DNA from: Xylella taiwanensis
GTDB taxonomy: Bacteria; Pseudomonadota; Gammaproteobacteria; Xanthomonadales; Xanthomonadaceae
Direction: 5' to 3'
NCBI RefSeq assembly: GCF_013177435.1
Contig: NZ_CP053627.1
Location: 2,100,001 to 2,132,000, forward strand
Length of the DNA stretch: 32,000 nucleotides
In this document: piece after piece, positions 27,390 to 32,000 of the stretch
Position numbering within the stretch: the first letter of the stretch is position 1
Layout of the letters: each line of letters starts with the position of its first letter
Notes under the pieces: model-generated
Database searches by the model: none
The model's input: only the letters and a program-made list of their open reading frames with translations
Told to the model about the DNA's origin: nothing
Translations under genes and position numbers: made by a program

Positions 27390-27539
27390 ATATCCAGGAC
27401 AGGCGTGGCCAGATTTGGACTCACCAGCACCGCGACGGCGACAAGCAAGCGTAAATCCCTCGTCGTCGCCAGCGATTGAATCTGCCAGCCAGCGGACACA
27501 TTAGCGGTGACTGTTGACGTGATATTGATGTTCAGCATG

Positions 27540-27813
27540 GCTGCTGCAAGCATGTCATCACTCATGGCCACCAGCGCACCAAGAGACGGAACCGCCACTT
27601 TGGTAACCGTCGTTATTTGTCCACGATGCCAACGTACCCGTATCCGCAACAGACGCACTCGTAAGGCAGGGCTATCAGATGTGCGCCTGCATGACATGAG
27701 AGCCCAAGACGGGAAGGAAACGGGAAACGGTCGAAGAGGCATCGCAAGTATTAGGTCATTCCGATACACAAGTAATGCAGCGGCGCTACCGACGGAGGAT
27801 GACAACCCGGTGA
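27540..27813 (+). pseudogene. int: Tyrosine recombinase (phage/P4-type integrase) C-terminal stump
   Basis: ..RRTRKAGLSDVRLHDMRA (HxLR box) is followed, after a +1 frameshift near 27700, by KTGRKRETVEEASQVLGHSDTQVMQRRYRRRMTTR* (LGH...T..Y box with the catalytic Tyr). Only ~90 codons remain. It ends 86 nt from the tRNA-Asn 3' end. Confidence 0.7.
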
Positions 27814-27845
27814 TTATTAGACAACTCAGCGTTTATTAGACACGC

Positions 27846-27883
27846 GGAAAAACAACAAGGGCCTTCATCTCTGAAAACCCTTG
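27846..27883 (-). terminator. Possible terminator of tRNA-Asn (island-borne)
   Basis: The minus-strand RNA reads CAAGGG-(16-nt loop)-CCCUUG followed by UUGUUUUU. The loop is long, so the call is only moderately convincing. Confidence 0.4.
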
Positions 27884-27899
27884 CATTTAAAGCAATTCA

Positions 27900-27946
27900 T
27901 GGCGCCCGAAGTTGGACTCGAACCAACGACCCCCTGATTAACAGTC
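27900..27946 (-). repeat. tRNA-Asn 3' half = island attR-like end
   Basis: Direct repeat partner of 21600-21645. Confidence 0.8.
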
Positions 27947-27976
27947 AAGTGCTCTAACCGGCTGAGCTATTCGGGC
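27900..27976 (-). tRNA. tRNA-Asn (anticodon GUU)
   Basis: The reverse complement is GCCCGAAUAGCUCAGCCGGUUAGAGCACUUGACUGUUAAUCAGGGGGUCGUUGGUUCGAGUCCAACUUCGGGCGCCA. It folds by hand into a full cloverleaf: 7-bp acceptor stem, GCUC/GAGC D stem, CUGUUAA anticodon loop, GUUGG/CCAAC T stem and UUCGAGU T loop. CCA is encoded. Length 77 nt. Confidence 0.92.
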
Positions 27977-28080
27977 AATCTTAGGATTGTAACCAGCCAC
28001 TCATGGGTGAATCAACATTATTTCCAAAGCATTTTCTGGAACATCGCGACGCTTTCAGCTAAAAGCAATTCCTGAGTGCT

Positions 28081-28497
28081 TTACCAGCACTCGGATAATT
28101 GGCCTTGACTATTCGTCTTGACTCCAGCCTGGTTGATAAAGAGGGTACCGCACTTATCGTCTTGCTGGGCTCCTTGTGGCACGGCACTGACAGTAAACGC
28201 AGAGAGGGTGGGATCGCCAACAAACTCTACACCATAAAAGGCAACCCCCTGGCGTGGGGATTGGGTAATCGGGTTGGTGGCAGGGAATCCAACATAAGTA
28301 TTGTTCACAGTACGGAAACGCTCCGCTAACTGGGCAATTTCTACCAAATCAGCCTTAGCCTGATCTCGATGCCCCTTGCGAATGTAATTCCGGTAGGACG
28401 GGTACGCAATGGCCGACAAGATAGCAATGATGGCAACCACAGCCATTAACTCGATCAGGTTAAATCCGTATGATCGATGCAGCGCACCCATCCGCAT
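28081..28497 (-). CDS. pilE: Type IV pilin-like protein PilE
   Basis: The prepilin leader and N-methylation site are ..[29 protein letters not shown], and a C-terminal Cys pair is present. I place the start at the ATG at 28497 (alternative 28491). The ORF opens at 28566 but would then overlap pilY1. It lies directly downstream of pilY1. Confidence 0.85.
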   Translation of the reverse strand: MRMGALHRSYGFNLIELMAVVAIIAILSAIAYPSYRNYIRKGHRDQAKADLVEIAQLAERFRTVNNTYVGFPATNPITQSPRQGVAFYGVEFVGDPTLSAFTVSAVPQGAQQDDKCGTLFINQAGVKTNSQGQLSECW

Positions 28498-28532
28498 TGA
28501 CCTGCTGGCGCTCTCATCCTTTAGGATCACAA

Positions 28533-31500
28533 TCATCGCAACTGCCTCCACGATTGTCGTCCACATGCTCTGAGCACTGAAATGGACTTGGTTGGATCAT
28601 TTGGATCAATGATGACCTCGCTGCATCGGGTATCCACAGGCCCGGCAGGTTTCTCAGGCACCAAAGGACAATCATCTTCACCTGGATTGCAGAAAACCGG
28701 TTGCTTAGGCATCGGCCGGGTCACGGCAATACTCTGAATTGGAGCGTCGCCACCCGTCGAAACCGCACCGGTGTCACTATTACCAACGCTAGACCTGGAA
28801 CTACGAGACGGTACATTGACCTGACCAAGCGCAGCACCACCTGTAGTAGCATCTAATGCATAAAGCCAATTGCTACCGCCTGGAGCGCAGTTCACACTCA
28901 CCCCCGGCACGTAGGTTGAGAAGAAGACACGTCCACCCTGCAACAATGGCGCGGCAATGGAACGCTCACCCTGTGGATCCTGTCCCTGTACCACTAAATC
29001 GACATACCAACCACGCTTGGTCATATAACTCAGCTGGTTACGGGTCACAATGCGGGTATCTGGCGAGGTCGGGTTGTCGCTGGCCTGGATCATTTGAGCT
29101 GATAAGGCTGCACGCCCCGCAGTGACAGGGCTCCCGCTATCCCAGATGCCATACAACGTACTGAGGTCTTTGCTGCTGTTGTCACTGACAACAAAGTAGC
29201 GGCCACTGCCAAAATAGATCATATAACCAGCGTTCGGCCCCACCGCCACCTCCAGACCTCCCGTAATCGATTGGCGATAGCCTTTGGCATCACGGGCAAC
29301 AAATAGCGGCATTGGATTGTTCAACCCATCCTTGTAAGCGATACCCCAGTTTTCTGGATCTTTGCCCATGAGGTTGAACTTCCAAAGATTACCGTGCAAA
29401 TCAGCGCCGTACACCATATCGACCAACCCGTCGCCATCGGTATCCAACACCGCTAAATTGCCCAGACCGTTATATCCCATGTTCGCAGGATCAGTGCCAT
29501 CGGGATCAATCCCGTCACGCGCCTCAATCTTGCGGATAAGCTGGCCAGTAGCCAGATTCACGATGAAGAGCACCGCCCGGCCATTACTGCTGTTGTAACC
29601 GTTTCCGAAGATTGCCGCCCAACTGCCATCCTGTAACGGCACGATGTAGGGCTTGCCCATGGTGTACCCCATATCATCGTCATTCTGGCTGTTAATTTCC
29701 CACAACACATTCGACTCCGCGAAAGTGGTTGGGCTACTTACATCCAAGGCAAACATCGAACGGCCGCCAGCTCCAGTGCCAGCAACCAGCACAGTCTTCC
29801 AGCCTCCCCCCAAATAGGCATCGCTCAATGTCAATTTGCCATCAACATAGTAGCGATGTTGATAGTCCCGGTTAGCCAGGTAACCCAGTTGGTGAAGCAC
29901 ACTGTTGGGCACATACGCAAAACGTTCTGTCCCCTTATCGTCAAAGGCATGCAGCATGCCGTCGTTCGCACCAACAAAGATATGCTCAGCGGCCGTTGAG
30001 TCCCGGCGAGCCTTAATAAAAGCAGAGTAGCTGTCGCGCTGCACCTGCGGTAACCCACTCGCAGTGGCCCACCCATAATTCGCACGACGCGTCGCGACAA
30101 CAGGAATCGAATTAATAATGTCACCCAGCGGAGCGAAACGACGGCGGAACGGTGCGCTATTGAGTGTTACACCCTCCATGCTCTTATCACCACGCAAATA
30201 ATTCACTAATTGGTTGGGCGTGACAGAACTACCGAAGTCATCAATGACACCACGTGCTGTATACCCAAGGTGGCCGAAGACCTCTGCGGCATCAGTAGCT
30301 GCATCACCGCTACTACTCTGGACCAGCTTTTCGGCGACGAAAGGACGCACCACAGAGGAGCGGTTGGTTTCGTTTACATTGCTCAACGCCGTATAGATCA
30401 GACGCTTCGATATCCCATTGATACCACTCGGCACACCAGCGCTTGCCAACCACAGCACATCGCCTACCATGCCATTGGGATTGATCCGATAAGCAGTCAT
30501 CTCGCCCGTCCAATCTTTACCATCATTGGTGCTCGAGTAACTAGGGATCACTGCGAACGATGTACTAGAAACACTTGTCCCAACAACCGCAACCGAACCA
30601 CTGCTACCCGCCTGATTCTGGATGGCCGCAAACGCTTTAGCCACCTGCTTACGCAAATAGAGCGGATTGTTCACTGGAAAATAATCAGCCAGAGCACCAT
30701 TACTATCGAGGATGACGCCCTGATCATGACCATACTTGGCCGCATACCACAGTGGATCTTTTAACAACACCGCATTCGTGCCTTGAGAAGCAACAGCAAA
30801 TGTTCGCGTCGCAACAGGTGGCAAGCCATTACAATCCCCAGGCATCGGAATAGCATTGCAATAACCCGGTGGATGATCAGGAGGAGTATTTAGTTTGTAG
30901 GCTTGTTGTCCCGCACAGCTACTGCGCGTACCGTCATTACTGTGGCCATCAGCAAGATCGCACACTTCCAGGTACACACCGTCCTGTGTGGTCCCAGAGA
31001 TGACATAACCCATATGCTGGTCCATGGTACCAGCAGAATATTCAGTTTTGAGTGTCACCACGAGTTGATTCTTGGCATCGACGGAAATCGTGTAAAGCAC
31101 GATTACGTCCATGTCATGATCAGCGCCTTGTTCCACATCCTCGTAATTGATGCGGAACTCTGCATAGGGGCGGCCACCATTGACGGTTGCATCGTAGTCC
31201 ATCCCAGAGGAGCCGGCCATATTAGCGATACGCTGCACATAGAAATCGACGATCTGGTTGGTAGGCTGGAAATTACCAGTCGGAGAAATACCGGCACCAC
31301 GCACAGATTTGGCGAACGGTACTAGACTCACTCGACCATTGCCAACAGGAAATTCAAACTTCGGAAGCGGTGAGGCCAGTGCAACAGCATAGGTTCGTAC
31401 GAATTTGCTGCCGCCGATCTTGTGGTTGGCACCGTAGCGGGCAACCGCAGCCGAATAATAAGTGCCACGCTTGCTGGGTTCCTCAGGAGCTAACCCGCGC

Positions 31501-32000
31501 ACTGTGGATAAGTTGCTCACCACTTTCGGTGTTGGCGCATTATCGGAGTTGTTATTGGATTCGCCGATAAAAACCAGTTTGCTACCGCCACCCTCATCTG
31601 CCCAGATTCGATCAGCCTCTGCGGAAACGTCCAAATTGCGCAGCGAAGCAGGATCAGCCGATGCATTGAAATTGGACCAGCGCGAACCGGGCAACTTGTA
31701 ATCATAAGAGGGGTTGATATCGCTGAACACCGTCATTGTCGGCTGCGCACAGAGCGAATAACCGCCGCCTCCCTGATCGACAGACGTATACGGCGGCTTC
31801 CAACTGGGGTGCGAGAGCTGCAACGTGGCGATGTCCTGTGAACTGTCATTAATGTCGTACTCAATACGTGGCGCCGTCGCTCCTCCGAAGTAACGTAATG
31901 TTTCGTACATCATCTCAGCGATGGGATTGCCCCACATCCAACACTCGCCCTCACTCACGGGGCGCGTCGTGATCCATCCGCACCCATATGTATGGTTCTT
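28533..32000 (-). CDS. pilY1: Type IV pilus tip adhesin / biogenesis factor PilY1 (5' end outside window)
   Basis: The frame is open to the window edge: 14 stop-free codons lie upstream of the GTG at 31958. More than 1150 aa are visible. The C-terminal region is propeller-like ([33 protein letters not shown]) with an EF-hand-like site DTDGDGLVD (29418-29444). pilE follows. Confidence 0.9.
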   Translation of the reverse strand, partial: KNHTYGCGWITTRPVSEGECWMWGNPIAEMMYETLRYFGGATAPRIEYDINDSSQDIATLQLSHPSWKPPYTSVDQGGGGYSLCAQPTMTVFSDINPSYDYKLPGSRWSNFNASADPASLRNLDVSAEADRIWADEGGGSKLVFIGESNNNSDNAPTPKVVSNLSTVRGLAPEEPSKRGTYYSAAVARYGANHKIGGSKFVRTYAVALASPLPKFEFPVGNGRVSLVPFAKSVRGAGISPTGNFQPTNQIVDFYVQRIANMAGSSGMDYDATVNGGRPYAEFRINYEDVEQGADHDMDVIVLYTISVDAKNQLVVTLKTEYSAGTMDQHMGYVISGTTQDGVYLEVCDLADGHSNDGTRSSCAGQQAYKLNTPPDHPPGYCNAIPMPGDCNGLPPVATRTFAVASQGTNAVLLKDPLWYAAKYGHDQGVILDSNGALADYFPVNNPLYLRKQVAKAFAAIQNQAGSSGSVAVVGTSVSSTSFAVIPSYSSTNDGKDWTGEMTAYRINPNGMVGDVLWLASAGVPSGINGISKRLIYTALSNVNETNRSSVVRPFVAEKLVQSSSGDAATDAAEVFGHLGYTARGVIDDFGSSVTPNQLVNYLRGDKSMEGVTLNSAPFRRRFAPLGDIINSIPVVATRRANYGWATASGLPQVQRDSYSAFIKARRDSTAAEHIFVGANDGMLHAFDDKGTERFAYVPNSVLHQLGYLANRDYQHRYYVDGKLTLSDAYLGGGWKTVLVAGTGAGGRSMFALDVSSPTTFAESNVLWEINSQNDDDMGYTMGKPYIVPLQDGSWAAIFGNGYNSSNGRAVLFIVNLATGQLIRKIEARDGIDPDGTDPANMGYNGLGNLAVLDTDGDGLVDMVYGADLHGNLWKFNLMGKDPENWGIAYKDGLNNPMPLFVARDAKGYRQSITGGLEVAVGPNAGYMIYFGSGRYFVVSDNSSKDLSTLYGIWDSGSPVTAGRAALSAQMIQASDNPTSPDTRIVTRNQLSYMTKRGWYVDLVVQGQDPQGERSIAAPLLQGGRVFFSTYVPGVSVNCAPGGSNWLYALDATTGGAALGQVNVPSRSSRSSVGNSDTGAVSTGGDAPIQSIAVTRPMPKQPVFCNPGEDDCPLVPEKPAGPVDTRCSEVIIDPNDPTKSISVLRACGRQSWRQLR

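Noticed and set aside
28069-28093. Hairpin GAGTGCT-ttacc-AGCACTC overlapping the pilE stop codon, as a terminator
   Set aside because: The stem is real, but it includes coding sequence. On the transcribed strand the only U-run (CUUUU) starts ~8 nt after the stem. It is not convincing enough to annotate.

Overview
The window looks like a gammaproteobacterial chromosome of the Xanthomonadaceae type. The protein sequences look Xylella-like to me from memory, which is unverified. Intact housekeeping genes are tatA-tatB-tatC, a multi-pass membrane protein, a class-I glutamine amidotransferase, azurin, rsgA, the lpoA-yraN pair divergent from rsmI, a 1038-aa TonB-dependent receptor, metG and an RnfB-like ferredoxin. 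At the right end lie tRNA-Asn, pilE and a 5'-truncated pilY1. About 9.9 kb (roughly 30% of the window, my own sum of gaps) has no credible intact ORF. On the + strand these tracts are strongly C>G and A>T skewed. By eye, several read as long-dead genes: an IS3-type transposase, a possible endonuclease III (nth), and a methyltransferase-like frame broken only by TAG codons. Positions 21600-27946 form a decayed island of about 6.3 kb at tRNA-Asn, bounded by an imperfect direct repeat of the tRNA 3' half. The island carries an integrase stump, a rhomboid pseudogene, a secreted M20 peptidase and a secreted lipase. It also carries a small membrane protein with a 3 x 33-bp in-frame tandem repeat and two half-dead toxin-antitoxin pairs. 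In one pair the ParE toxin is intact and the antitoxin is broken. In the other the BrnA-like antitoxin is intact and the BrnT-like toxin is truncated. I found no CRISPR array, no rRNA, and no intact multi-gene defence system that is clearly novel. All homology calls are by-eye motif recognition and need database confirmation.
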